Source: Gemmatimonadota bacterium
GTDB taxonomy: Bacteria > Gemmatimonadota > Gemmatimonadetes > Gemmatimonadales > Gemmatimonadaceae
Assembly: GCA_031372565.1 (NCBI GenBank)
Contig: JANMLN010000145.1
Span: forward strand, 1 to 60,472
Reading direction: 5' to 3'
DNA: 60,472 nucleotides
The position numbers were made by a program, and so were the translations under genes. The notes beneath the pieces are model-generated. The model was not told the DNA's origin. It saw only the letters and a program-made list of their open reading frames with translations, and did not search any database. Positions 36,287 to 46,024 of the stretch are shown piece after piece (the stretch's first letter is position 1; each line of letters starts with the position of its first letter).

Positions 36287-39200
36287 CTACCCCGGCGGCG
36301 GAACCGGGATGCCGACGCTCGCCGCAGGCGCTGCCTTGCCATCGGTCAACGTCACCGCGTTGCCGAAGAACCACCGCGACTGCTCGCGCTGCTTCTTCGG
36401 CACTTGCAGGATGTTCTGCAGCATCGGCATCAGCTCGCGCTGCGTGGAGTTGACCACGCCCTCCACGATCTCCGGCTGCTCCCAGAACAGCTTCCAGTAC
36501 GCCTTGCTCACGGTGGCCACGCTGTCGAGCGCGGTCTTGTTTGCCCCGCCGTCGGGGAACTGCTGCAGGTATTCGGCCAGCGGGCGGTAGAGACCGCGCA
36601 CCTGCGCGCTGTAGGTCGAGTCGATGACGCGCAGCGCCCCCACCTGTGCCGCGCTCAGGAAGAGCGAGTCCGACTCGGCCAGCATCGCCTTGGCCAGGCT
36701 CGAGGTGCGCCGCAGGTAGAGCGCGGTGAGCGAATCCACCGTGCGCCGCTCCCACTGCCCCTTCACCTTCACCGGCTCGAGCGCGCGCTGCAGCTGCTGC
36801 AGGTCGTAGTCGGTGTGGAAGCGCAGCTGGAAGTCGAGCGTCAACCGGAACGGCGCACGGTCGAGCGTGAACGCCGGGCGCGACTCGGCGAAGCGCGGGT
36901 TGACGCGGTAGCGGAAGGTGCGCGCTGCCGAGTCGAACCCGGTGGGGACGAGCAACATCGGATCCATGTTCATCGGGCCGCCCCAGCCACGCAGTCCGGC
37001 GCTGCCATGCAGCGCCTGGTCCACCGCGCCCAACACGTTCTCGAGATACACCGAGGCGGTGAAGCGGTTGCCGATCTTGTTCGGGAGCGGCACGCTCCAC
37101 TGCGCGTTGAACGTGGTGGTCCATGGCGCGCGGCAGGCCCCGCGCCCCGCCACCCGCCCCAGCAAGGGGACGAGGCAGTCCCGTGCCGACTCCGACCCGG
37201 TGGCCAGCAGGGCGCGCAGCTGTCGCGAGAGCGCCGTGTCGGGCGTGGTGGCGGGGTTCGGCACGAAGGCGCGGTCGCCGCCGCGCCCGTCGCCGTTCAC
37301 GTCGCCCTGCACCAGTGGCGTGAACGGCAGCCCCGACTGCGCGCGCATGAACAGGGTGAAGGTGCCGGTCACACCAGTGTGGAAGCCGCCCTGCAGGAGG
37401 AAGGTGTGCCGCGCGTCCGATGCCGACGGCCCCCACTCCACCAACCGCGGATCGCCGAACGCGGCGCCATCGAAGCCGCGATACTGCCGCCGCGACTCCT
37501 GCAGCGTGTAGGTGAGCGAGCCGTACGGGCTCCCCGGGATGTCGCGCAACTTGAAGACGTCGGGGCTCAACGTCACGTTCAGCTGCGAGCCATAGCCGCG
37601 CAGGTCGCTCGTGCGCACCCCCACGCCGCCGAACGATCCCGACCGGCGCGAGGCGGCTGCCGACAGTGCGCCGGAGTTCACGTCCACCGCGCCCACCGGC
37701 ACGAACACCGGTCGGTTTCCTTCGCTGCCCAGCGCGAAGCCGTTCACCGCCGCGAAGTTCGCGTCCACCGTGCTCGGCTGGTTCAAGTCCATCGAACCGA
37801 TGGCGCCCACCTTGATCAGCCATGGGCCGATGTTCTGGCTCCAGTCGAGCGTGGCGCGCCAGCTGCGGGCCACGTCGAAGTCGCGATCGAACAGGGTGGC
37901 CGGCGGCGCGATGTCGGTGAGGATGCCGCCCCCCCCCACGCAGCTCGTGGGAATGGCACCAGGATTGGTGGCCCAGGTGCTCCAGTCGGGGGTCGGGACG
38001 GTGCTCCCCACGCAGTTCAGCAACTGCGTGCTCCCGGGAAGTCCCGTACGCGCCGAGGCATCGGCCAGCGCGTCGGGGCGGAGAAGGTCACGGAACTCGC
38101 CGATGCCGCCACGGATCACCCCCGTGGTGGTGCGGTAGAACTGCCCCACCTGCGTGCTGTTCATCCCGTTGCCGTTGTCCTTGTCGCGGCTGTACGTCCA
38201 CGAGAAGCCCACGCGCGGGCTCAGGTGCAGTCGCGTGAGCGAGGTACCCGTGCCCACGCCCAGCGCCGACTCGAGCGCCGGATTCGACGCCGCAATGCTC
38301 GCAAAGCCGTTGGCCTCGACGCGCGCGCCGTACAGCATCGAGAATGTGCGCGACGGCGCCCACTGATGGGCGATCGCGGTGGCAGCATTCCAGGTGGTCC
38401 CCGTGCGATCCGGGGCCGACAGCGTGCGCGAGAAGCTGGCGGGTTGGCCCGCCGACAGGTCGTTGATCGAGTTGTACTGGTAGCGGCCGAACGGGTTGCC
38501 GCGCCCCGTCTGCGTGAGCCCGTCCATGCGCCCCCACACGATCGTCTTGAACAGGTGACGCCGTCCCCCCGCCGTCCACAGCAGCTCCTCAGAGCCCTCG
38601 GCAGTCCACCGATCGGTGCGCCCCGCGAACTGCGTGGCGCCACCCAAACCCAGCGTCGCCAACCCGTCGCCATCCACGCCGCTCGACGCCACGAGCACGC
38701 CAGCCCCGGGCAGCGACAGGTACGGTGCCGACTCGTTCGACTGACGACTGTACCCCATGCGGACGCGGTTCATGGTGCGGCGTCCGTCACCAAAGAAGTC
38801 CACAAGCGCGAGCTGCACCCCCCACCCGCCATCGGTGCGACGCCCCGTGGCGCTGGGCGCACCCGTGGGCCCGAGCCCCAACGCCCCCGATTCGTTGTTC
38901 GCGTAGTACGTGGTCAGCGTGCGCGCGTCCAGCGAGTCACTCGTGAGGTCAAAACGCCCCAGCCAGGTGACGCCGGAGCGCTCACGCGTGAGTGGCACGC
39001 CGATCCCCGAGAGCGGAATCCCCGCGCCGGCGGCCGCGGAGCGCGCGCGAGTGACGGAGTCGAACGCCACGCCGGCCCGCAGCAGGGTGGCCGCATCGGC
39101 GGTGAGGAGCGTGGCCGGTTCGTTCTCCCCTTGCGAGAACTCCACCGACACGTTGTAGGTCATGAGCTGGCGTAGCAGCTCGCCGTCCATCCCCACGCTT

Positions 39201-40060
39201 CCCTTGAATGCCCCCGTGCGCGCCCCGATGCTGCGTCCCACCGCATCGGTGAATTGCAGCGGCTGCGGTTCGAGCGTGAGGTAGGCGGTGCGTGACATGA
39301 AGTCGCGCCCGCCGGCGCCCAGTCGCACGTCGATGTTCGCGCCCGCAAAGCCACCGCGCGTGGGATCGAACGTTGCACCAGTCACGCGCGTGTCGGCTCG
39401 CGCCGCGCGGGGCAGCGAACCGCCGGGCAGCGCCAGACCGTTCAGCGTCGTGAGGTTGCTGCCGGGATCTGCGCCCATCATGGATGGGCCGCCCGGCCCG
39501 GCGACAATGCCGGGCGAGTTCCCGGCCAAGGCGTTCAGGTCACCCTGCGTGCCAGGTGCGAGCTGCCCGGCCACGCCGTCGTTCCACTTCTCGCTCGCCC
39601 CCACCTCGGGCTGGTACGGCGACGACGCGCCGCTGGCGCGCACCGGCTTGTCGGCCACCACCTTCACGGCGGCGAGGCTGTTCGGGTTGCTTCGCAGGAT
39701 GAAGTCCGCTGCGAAGGTGTGTTGGTCAGAGTTGCTCGCCTGTACGCGTCGGCGCGCATTGGCGTACCCGGGGGCGGTCACGCCCACGAGATAGTCTCCC
39801 GTGCCATTTTCGAAGGCGATGGCCCAGGCCCCGGTGCTGTCAGTGGTCGTCTGCTTGATGGCGCGATCGGGGCCACGCGTGACGATCACCGTGGCACCCA
39901 CCACCACCTGCGCCGAGTCGTTGGTGACCTTTCCGCGGAGTCGGTCGGTGGGCGACTGCGCGCGGGCGATGGAGGCCCACGCGACGAGGAGCGCCAGGAT
40001 CGCCGAAGGCCCGCGATGAGGGAGCCGGGCGAACGAACGACGAACCGTTGGGAGGGGCAC
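36287..40060 (-). CDS. Outer-membrane TonB-dependent-receptor-like barrel with N-terminal carboxypeptidase-regulatory-like domain and C-terminal helical extension
   Basis: Signal peptide (..IARAQ), LRGKVT...GATV.VT...TTDSTG...GDY.V.V.APGY, plug-like TLNG...FDP.RGGFAGA, barrel motifs SPRVGFSW and SGLPFTP.V.GDVNGDG...DRAFVP. Start codon uncertain. Confidence 0.8.
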   Translation of the reverse strand: MPLPTVRRSFARLPHRGPSAILALLVAWASIARAQSPTDRLRGKVTNDSAQVVVGATVIVTRGPDRAIKQTTTDSTGAWAIAFENGTGDYLVGVTAPGYANARRRVQASNSDQHTFAADFILRSNPNSLAAVKVVADKPVRASGASSPYQPEVGASEKWNDGVAGQLAPGTQGDLNALAGNSPGIVAGPGGPSMMGADPGSNLTTLNGLALPGGSLPRAARADTRVTGATFDPTRGGFAGANIDVRLGAGGRDFMSRTAYLTLEPQPLQFTDAVGRSIGARTGAFKGSVGMDGELLRQLMTYNVSVEFSQGENEPATLLTADAATLLRAGVAFDSVTRARSAAAGAGIPLSGIGVPLTRERSGVTWLGRFDLTSDSLDARTLTTYYANNESGALGLGPTGAPSATGRRTDGGWGVQLALVDFFGDGRRTMNRVRMGYSRQSNESAPYLSLPGAGVLVASSGVDGDGLATLGLGGATQFAGRTDRWTAEGSEELLWTAGGRRHLFKTIVWGRMDGLTQTGRGNPFGRYQYNSINDLSAGQPASFSRTLSAPDRTGTTWNAATAIAHQWAPSRTFSMLYGARVEANGFASIAASNPALESALGVGTGTSLTRLHLSPRVGFSWTYSRDKDNGNGMNSTQVGQFYRTTTGVIRGGIGEFRDLLRPDALADASARTGLPGSTQLLNCVGSTVPTPDWSTWATNPGAIPTSCVGGGGILTDIAPPATLFDRDFDVARSWRATLDWSQNIGPWLIKVGAIGSMDLNQPSTVDANFAAVNGFALGSEGNRPVFVPVGAVDVNSGALSAAASRRSGSFGGVGVRTSDLRGYGSQLNVTLSPDVFKLRDIPGSPYGSLTYTLQESRRQYRGFDGAAFGDPRLVEWGPSASDARHTFLLQGGFHTGVTGTFTLFMRAQSGLPFTPLVQGDVNGDGRGGDRAFVPNPATTPDTALSRQLRALLATGSESARDCLVPLLGRVAGRGACRAPWTTTFNAQWSVPLPNKIGNRFTASVYLENVLGAVDQALHGSAGLRGWGGPMNMDPMLLVPTGFDSAARTFRYRVNPRFAESRPAFTLDRAPFRLTLDFQLRFHTDYDLQQLQRALEPVKVKGQWERRTVDSLTALYLRRTSSLAKAMLAESDSLFLSAAQVGALRVIDSTYSAQVRGLYRPLAEYLQQFPDGGANKTALDSVATVSKAYWKLFWEQPEIVEGVVNSTQRELMPMLQNILQVPKKQREQSRWFFGNAVTLTDGKAAPAASVGIPVPPPG

Positions 40061-40463
40061 GAGGCGGGGCAGGCAAGGGGTGGGCGCAACCGCGGCACCC
40101 CTGTGACAAGCGTGTCGGCAGAACCGTTGCCTGCCCGGCGCCGGGAAATGTCTCGTGGCTCCGAACCGTGACATGGCATGGCACGTCGTGACCTTCGGGT
40201 CGAGCGCGTGATGATCAGCGGTCACGTGCGCGACGTGGACGTAGCCTTCTCTCCTGCACACGGCACGCGCGCTGAGTCGGAGCGTCGACAGGCGGCATGG
40301 GACGAATGCCCTACGCCGCTGCGAGGGACATCGACATTTTCGCATGATTGCCCCTTGTCATCCCAATGTGCGGCGTGCAAGACTTCACGTCATCACCGCG
40401 CGATAGGCAACGACGTCCGTCCGCGACTCGCCGCACCCTGCACATCACGTCTGGAGCGCCCGC

Positions 40464-41657
40464 GTGTTGCGCCACGCGTTGTGGTTGTGCCTGGTGACCA
40501 CCTCGTTGGTCGCCGCCCCGGTGATGGGTCAGGACGCCCCCAAGCGTCCCAAGCTGCCGGCCAACGCCGACAGTAACGACGTCGAGACCTATCTGGGGCT
40601 CGGACGGCGCCTGATGGAGTCCGATCCTGCGGTGGCGTCGCGTGCCTTCTACTGGGCCGCACGCCTCCAGCCCGACAACGCCGAGGCGCACTACAGCCGC
40701 GTCGTCGCGCTGATGCTCGACGACCATGACCTCCTGTCCATCCACTTCGATGGGGGCGGCAACGCAGCCGAGCGCACCAAGGACCGGATGATTGACTCGG
40801 TGTACGCGCTCTCGTTCAGCCTCGACCCCTTTCTCGTGCCATCGTGGGATCGCGCGCTGCTGGTGACATTCGCCGAGATGCGCACGCGCGGCGACGGCAG
40901 CGCCGAGTTTCGTCGCACGCTCGAGGAATCGATCAGCACGTGGGGCGTGTCATGGAAGGCGTGGATGCTCTACACCTACGGACGCTTCCGCGAGTCGCTC
41001 GACTTCTACAGCCTGGCCAGCCGACAGCAGCCCAAGAACGACTTCCTCGTGGCACGGCGCGCTGAGCTCCACTTCCGCCTGCTCGAGCCCGACAGCGCCC
41101 TCAAGTACTACGCGCAGGCCGTGGACGTGGCCAGCCGTACCGAGAAGAACAAGGATCGCCTCGTGCGCTTCTACAAGCCCAAGGCGGTCTACGAGTACAT
41201 GATCGGCTTCCTGCACGAGTCGCGCGGCGGCATCGACGCGGCGCGCGAGGCGTATGGCCGTGCCCTGACCGAAGACCTGTCGCTCTTTGTCGCTCACCAA
41301 CGGCTCGGGCTGCTCGCACTCGCGGTCGGGGACACGGCATCCGCCCTCGCGGAGCTCCGCTTGGCCAGCGAGATCGCCCCTCGGAACGCAGTCGTGCGCT
41401 TTCAGCATGCCGCCGTTCTCACGCGGAGCGGCAAGCTTCCCGAAGCGGTGCCCGAGCTCAAGCGCGTCATGGCCGACGAGCCGTGGTACGCGGCCCCGTA
41501 CCTGTTGCTAGCCCGGCTGAATGATGCGAGCGACCTCAAGGACGAGGCACGCGAGTTGTACCAAGGCTTCCTGGCCCGCGCCTCGCGCACCGACGTGCAG
41601 CGCACCTTCGCGCAAGAACGTCTCGCGGCACTCGGCCCAGCCCCGAAGTCACCATGA
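40464..41657 (+). CDS. Exported TPR-repeat protein (paralogue A)
   Basis: Signal peptide; AFYWAARLQPDNAEAHY, AREAYGRAL, ALAELRLASEIAP, EPWYAAPYLLLARL; GGAG RBS and GTG start. Confidence 0.9.
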   Translation: MLRHALWLCLVTTSLVAAPVMGQDAPKRPKLPANADSNDVETYLGLGRRLMESDPAVASRAFYWAARLQPDNAEAHYSRVVALMLDDHDLLSIHFDGGGNAAERTKDRMIDSVYALSFSLDPFLVPSWDRALLVTFAEMRTRGDGSAEFRRTLEESISTWGVSWKAWMLYTYGRFRESLDFYSLASRQQPKNDFLVARRAELHFRLLEPDSALKYYAQAVDVASRTEKNKDRLVRFYKPKAVYEYMIGFLHESRGGIDAAREAYGRALTEDLSLFVAHQRLGLLALAVGDTASALAELRLASEIAPRNAVVRFQHAAVLTRSGKLPEAVPELKRVMADEPWYAAPYLLLARLNDASDLKDEARELYQGFLARASRTDVQRTFAQERLAALGPAPKSP

Positions 41658-43330
41658 GGCATGACATGCAAGAGCGTTCGTGTGCGACCGCGCACCGGGC
41701 CGCCCCGGCGACCACTCGGCGCCCGCGGCTGCGCGCCCCAGCTACCGCATGGGTGACAGCGTGGCCCGCCGCGCTGCTCGCGGCATCATTCGCCGGAGTG
41801 CTCCCGGCGCAGGACTCCACCGCGCGGGTGGTGCGCAAGCGCACCGCCTACGAGGACCTGCAGATGTTCAGCCAGGTGCTCAACCAGATCCGGGTGAACC
41901 ATCCCGATTCGGTGGACACGCACGACCTGCTCATGTCGGCCATCGTGGGCATGGTGCGTTCGGCCGACCCGCATTCGTACGTGATCTCGGCCGTGCGCGT
42001 CTCGCCCGAACGCGAGAAGGAGCTCGCTGACAAGAAGATCGAGAGCGTTCCGATCGACTGGGACTTCTCGCGCGGCTCACCGCTGGTGTCGTTCGTGTAT
42101 CCCGGCACGCTGGCCGCCAAGGCGGGCATCGAGCCGGGCGACGAGTTGGTGCTGGTGGGCGGCAAGCCGGTGCTCGCCGAGAACGAGGTGGAACTCGACC
42201 TGACCTTGGCAGGGGAGAAAGGGAGCGCCGTGGAGCTGGTGTTCGAGCGCCAGCGCACGGATGGTTCGTGGGCGCGGCTTCCGCGCACCGTCAAGCGCGA
42301 GCGGAGTGACGCCAGTGCCACGGCGGTGCCTGGCGTGATCAAGCTCCCCGACGGTACCGGCTACATCCGCATCACCACCTTTTCCAATGGCAAGGTGGCC
42401 GACGACCTGCACAAGGCCCTCGAGACCCTCGACGACCAGGGGATCCAACGCCTGGTGCTCGACCTTCGCGACAACGGCGGTGGCATCATCCGGGAGGCAT
42501 CGCGCATCGCTGGCGAGTTCCTCCCGCGCGGCACGGTGGTTTACACCAGTACCGGTCGCAAACGCGAGAGCATCGACACCGGGCGGGTGGAGCGCGCGCT
42601 GTGGCTCAAGCCGCGCACCTATCCGATCGCGGTGATGGTCAACGGCGGCACCGCCAGCGCGAGCGAGCTGGTGGCGGGCGCGCTGCAGGATCACGATCGC
42701 GCGCTCATCGTGGGGCGCCCGAGCTTCGGCAAGGCGCTCATGATGCAGGGCTTCCCCATGAGCGACGGCTCCACGATCGTGCTCACGATCGGCTCGGTGC
42801 GCACTCCGTGCGGCCGCACGGTGCAGCGGCCCTATCGCACCGTGCTCCGTCGCGAGTACTTCCGGCTGGCGCGCGCCGATCGCGACACGGCCGGGCGCCC
42901 CGCCTGCAAGACGGACAATGGGCGCACGGTGTACGGCGGTGGCGGCATCTTCCCCGACGTGGTGCTGCCCGAGCCCACCACGGCGCCGGCGTGGCTCGCG
43001 CGCCTTTCCGAAGACGATGTGCTCGCGCGGTGGGCCCGCGCCTACGTGGATGCGGCCACGCCCAAGGTGACGACCGCGGCCCTGGAAGCGAGCAAGGCGT
43101 TGCCGACGGGCGCGCTCGCCTCGTTCAAGGAGTTCGCCAGCAAGGCCGGACACGCGTTGCCGACCGATGCTGACGCGCCGCTTCCGCGCACCCTGCTCGT
43201 GTCGCTGGCAGCGGCCATCGGCGGTGACGCCGCGCTCTACCGCATGCGCGCGCTCCTCGACCCCGAAGTTGCATCCACCGTGGCGGCGCTCGAGCGATCG
43301 GCGGCGCTGCTTGCCCCCCGGAAACCCTGA
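41654..43330 (+). CDS. S41A carboxyl-terminal processing protease (CtpA/Prc-like)
   Basis: DPHS, PDZ (AAKAGIEPGD), GYIRITTF, LVLDLRDNGGG, TASASELVAGALQDHDRA.IVG..SFGK, GRTVYGGGGIFPDV. Confidence 0.94.
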   Translation: MRHDMQERSCATAHRAAPATTRRPRLRAPATAWVTAWPAALLAASFAGVLPAQDSTARVVRKRTAYEDLQMFSQVLNQIRVNHPDSVDTHDLLMSAIVGMVRSADPHSYVISAVRVSPEREKELADKKIESVPIDWDFSRGSPLVSFVYPGTLAAKAGIEPGDELVLVGGKPVLAENEVELDLTLAGEKGSAVELVFERQRTDGSWARLPRTVKRERSDASATAVPGVIKLPDGTGYIRITTFSNGKVADDLHKALETLDDQGIQRLVLDLRDNGGGIIREASRIAGEFLPRGTVVYTSTGRKRESIDTGRVERALWLKPRTYPIAVMVNGGTASASELVAGALQDHDRALIVGRPSFGKALMMQGFPMSDGSTIVLTIGSVRTPCGRTVQRPYRTVLRREYFRLARADRDTAGRPACKTDNGRTVYGGGGIFPDVVLPEPTTAPAWLARLSEDDVLARWARAYVDAATPKVTTAALEASKALPTGALASFKEFASKAGHALPTDADAPLPRTLLVSLAAAIGGDAALYRMRALLDPEVASTVAALERSAALLAPRKP

Positions 43331-43346
43331 CCGGGAGTCGCCGACC

Positions 43347-44579
43347 ATGGCCACTCGTCGCGTGTTGATTGGTTGCAACTCCGTCCACCCCGCTCTGGCG
43401 TCGCGCGCGCTCGCACTGGGCCTCCTGCTGTCGCTCGTGCGACCAGTGTCGGCCGAGGCGCAGGAGAAAGGTGCCGCGACCCCACCCCAGCGACCGAAGA
43501 TCGAGGCGGGGATGGATTCGAACGACGCCAGCGCATACCTGCTCACGGGATCGCGCATGATCGACGAGCGCCCCGAGGTCGCGCGCGCCGCGTATTGGTG
43601 GGCGTCGCGCCTCGACCCGGGATCGCCGCTGGCACTCTACGGTCTCTCGGTAGCCTCGATCCTCGCCGACGATGCCCTGCTGAGTATCAGGCTGCGAGGG
43701 GGCGCGAAGGTTGAGGAGCGCGCACGCATGCGACAGATCGACTCGATGTCGCTGCGCGCCGAGTTGCTCGATCCCTTTTTCCAGCGCACGCTCGAGAGGA
43801 AGTACATCCCGCGCGTCGCCGCGTTGTATGGCGTGACGCCGCAGGACATCGGGATCTCGATGATGAAGCGCGGCGAGCTGTCGTACGCCATGCTCTCGGT
43901 CTGGGAAGGACGCTACCATCAGGCCATCGAGAGCTACGCCAAGGTACTGAGTCGCAGCACGGTGAACGCTTCCGCGATTCACGGGACGCGCGGCGTTCTC
44001 TTCCAGGCGGTCGGACAGCCCGACAGCGCCCTCGCCTCGCTCAGGAGGGCCATCGCCGACTCCAAGAAGGTCGAGGATACCGCGCTGGTGCGCTTCTACC
44101 AGCCCAAGGCGCGGTACCTCTTCCAGTCGGGCTGGCTGCTCGAGGCCATGGAGAAGGGGGCCGACGCGCGCGACGCGTACCAGCAGGCGCTGGTCGAGGA
44201 CCTGTCGTTCTACCCGGCGCACCAACGGCTCGCGCTGCTCGCCTTGGCGGCGGGCGACACCGCGACCGCGCTGCTCGAGTTCGATCTCGCCGTGCAGACA
44301 GGCGGCCATGACGCTGTCTTGCGGGTGCAGTACGCCTACGCCCTCGCGGGTTCTCGCAAGCTGGCCGAGGCCAGCGAGCAGGTGCAGCAGGTCATCGCGC
44401 GCGAGCCGTACTATGCCGATCCGTACCTGATGCTCGCGCGGCTGTACGAGGCAGCCGACATGCAGGACCTCGCGCTGACCAACTACCAATCGTTCCTGGA
44501 GCGGAGTCCGCAGGTGGACCCGCAGCGCGGGTTCGCGCACGACCGCGTGAAGGCGCTCGGGGCGGCCAAGGCGCCGTAG
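43347..44579 (+). CDS. Exported TPR-repeat protein (paralogue B)
   Basis: Collinear with 40464..41657 (RPK...DSND..Y, W.A.RL.P, LVRFY.PKA.Y, EDLS...AHQRL.LLALA.GDTA.AL.E, EP.YA.PYL.LARL). Confidence 0.9.
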   Translation: MATRRVLIGCNSVHPALASRALALGLLLSLVRPVSAEAQEKGAATPPQRPKIEAGMDSNDASAYLLTGSRMIDERPEVARAAYWWASRLDPGSPLALYGLSVASILADDALLSIRLRGGAKVEERARMRQIDSMSLRAELLDPFFQRTLERKYIPRVAALYGVTPQDIGISMMKRGELSYAMLSVWEGRYHQAIESYAKVLSRSTVNASAIHGTRGVLFQAVGQPDSALASLRRAIADSKKVEDTALVRFYQPKARYLFQSGWLLEAMEKGADARDAYQQALVEDLSFYPAHQRLALLALAAGDTATALLEFDLAVQTGGHDAVLRVQYAYALAGSRKLAEASEQVQQVIAREPYYADPYLMLARLYEAADMQDLALTNYQSFLERSPQVDPQRGFAHDRVKALGAAKAP

Positions 44580-44594
44580 GACGAATCGGGGGGC

Positions 44595-45203
44595 TCACGC
44601 CTCGCGGCTCGCCTCCGGTCTCGCACCGAACGCCAGGAGCCAGAGACAGGTCCCGATCTCTCCCATCGCCGCGGGCACGGTCGCCCACTGACTGAGAGCG
44701 CTGGCGGGATACGCGGGCCACAGCACGGTCGCGAACACGTTGGTCAGGTACCCCGCGCATCCGAGCATCAGCAGCACGCCGAGCAATCGGGGAAGCTGAC
44801 GCGACTTCACGATCAGGTATCCCAGGGGCAAGAGCCACAACCCCCAGAAGAGCTCGGCCACGAGAACGCCGTCGCTGTACCGAGCGAGACGCTGCGTCAC
44901 GGCCAGCGCCAACTCTGCCGGCGACAGGCCACCGGGGCGTGCGGACGCGTGGATCAGCGTCAGCACGTCGAGCTTGTACCGCAGGGCGCCCAAGGAGAGC
45001 GGAACGCCGACCAGGGCAAGCACGACCATCAGTTGCGCAGCGCGCCGGCTCACGGGAGCCAGCAGGTCGTACAGCATCAGTGGCAAGAAGAGGAACGCGA
45101 TGTAGCAGGCGAAGCCCGACGCGATGCCGACTCGGAACAGCGGCTCGGATGCCACGATCCGCTCGAGGGTCGCGGCCGAGTCGCCGCCGAAGGCCCATCC
45201 TCG
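44595..45203 (-). pseudogene. DUF4386-family membrane protein, 5'-truncated
   Basis: GDSAATLERIVASEPLFRVGIAS...FWGLWLLPLGYLIVKS..LPR.LG...GEIG.CLWLL.FG. The frame runs back to the TetR stop at 45204-45206, with no start ahead of the GDSAAT segment and no first TM helix. Confidence 0.72.
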
Positions 45204-45905
45204 CTAGCGCGCCGGTGGAGCGGACGCAATGACGCTGTGCATGACGAGCATTAGCATCCGGCTCTCGACCGCGTTCGGGGCAGGGGTGCGCGGCGCGGTG
45301 GTCGGTCGCATGAGGGCGAGCCCATGTGCGACGCCGATGAACAGGTTCGCCAGCGCATCGGCCGATTCGGGAAGCTCGCGCCCTGCCTTGGCGAACAGGG
45401 CCGCGACCACATCGGCCAACGCACTGCGCTGTGCCGCCTGCAGCGCGTCGATCTGCGTCGCCAACGTCTGGCTGCGCTCGGCCTGCCGTCGGAGTTCAAC
45501 GCCGAGGCGCGGCCAGTCGGCGTTGGCCCGTGCCGCCTGCAAGTCACGGCCGATCGCATCGAGCACGGACAGCAGGTCTCCGTCGCTCGCGAGGAAGCCG
45601 CGGAACGCCTCCTGCTCACGCTGCTTGTGCTGCTCGAAGAGTTCGACGAACACCGCCTCCTTGCTCGGGAAATTCGCGTAGAACGCGCCCTTCGTGTAGC
45701 CGGCGGCTGCGGCGATGCGGTCGATCGATGCGCCGGCATATCCCTCCGCGGCCAGCACGTTGCGCGCCGCGTCGAGGAGTCGCCCCCGAGTCTCGGCTTG
45801 GCTCTGCGCCCGAACGACGACACGAGGGCGCGTCTTCCGCGCCCGCTCGGTGGTCGGCTTCGCCTGCGGGCCGAGCTTGGTGCCCGGTCTGGGTTTGCGG
45901 GACAT
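45204..45905 (-). CDS. TetR/AcrR-family transcriptional regulator
   Basis: TRGRLLDAARNVLAAEGYAGASIDRIAAAAGYTKGAFYANFPSKEAVF; GGAG RBS. Confidence 0.95.
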   Translation of the reverse strand: MSRKPRPGTKLGPQAKPTTERARKTRPRVVVRAQSQAETRGRLLDAARNVLAAEGYAGASIDRIAAAAGYTKGAFYANFPSKEAVFVELFEQHKQREQEAFRGFLASDGDLLSVLDAIGRDLQAARANADWPRLGVELRRQAERSQTLATQIDALQAAQRSALADVVAALFAKAGRELPESADALANLFIGVAHGLALMRPTTAPRTPAPNAVESRMLMLVMHSVIASAPPAR

Positions 45906-46024
45906 GGCGCTCCACGGTGAACACGTCGGGAACCCGAGGAAACGCCTCGGGGCGGGGCGAGATCGCCGGGGGGAGACGACCGAGCAACGGCGGCAAGAAC
46001 GCCCGTCGGAATATGGCCCCTTGC

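Noticed and set aside
36125..39175. Long alternative ORFs such as 36125..39175 +, 28102..30552 -, 7397..8962 - and 35979..37823 -
   Set aside because: Stop-poor shadow frames expected in high-GC DNA; each overlaps a well-supported gene and has no motifs.
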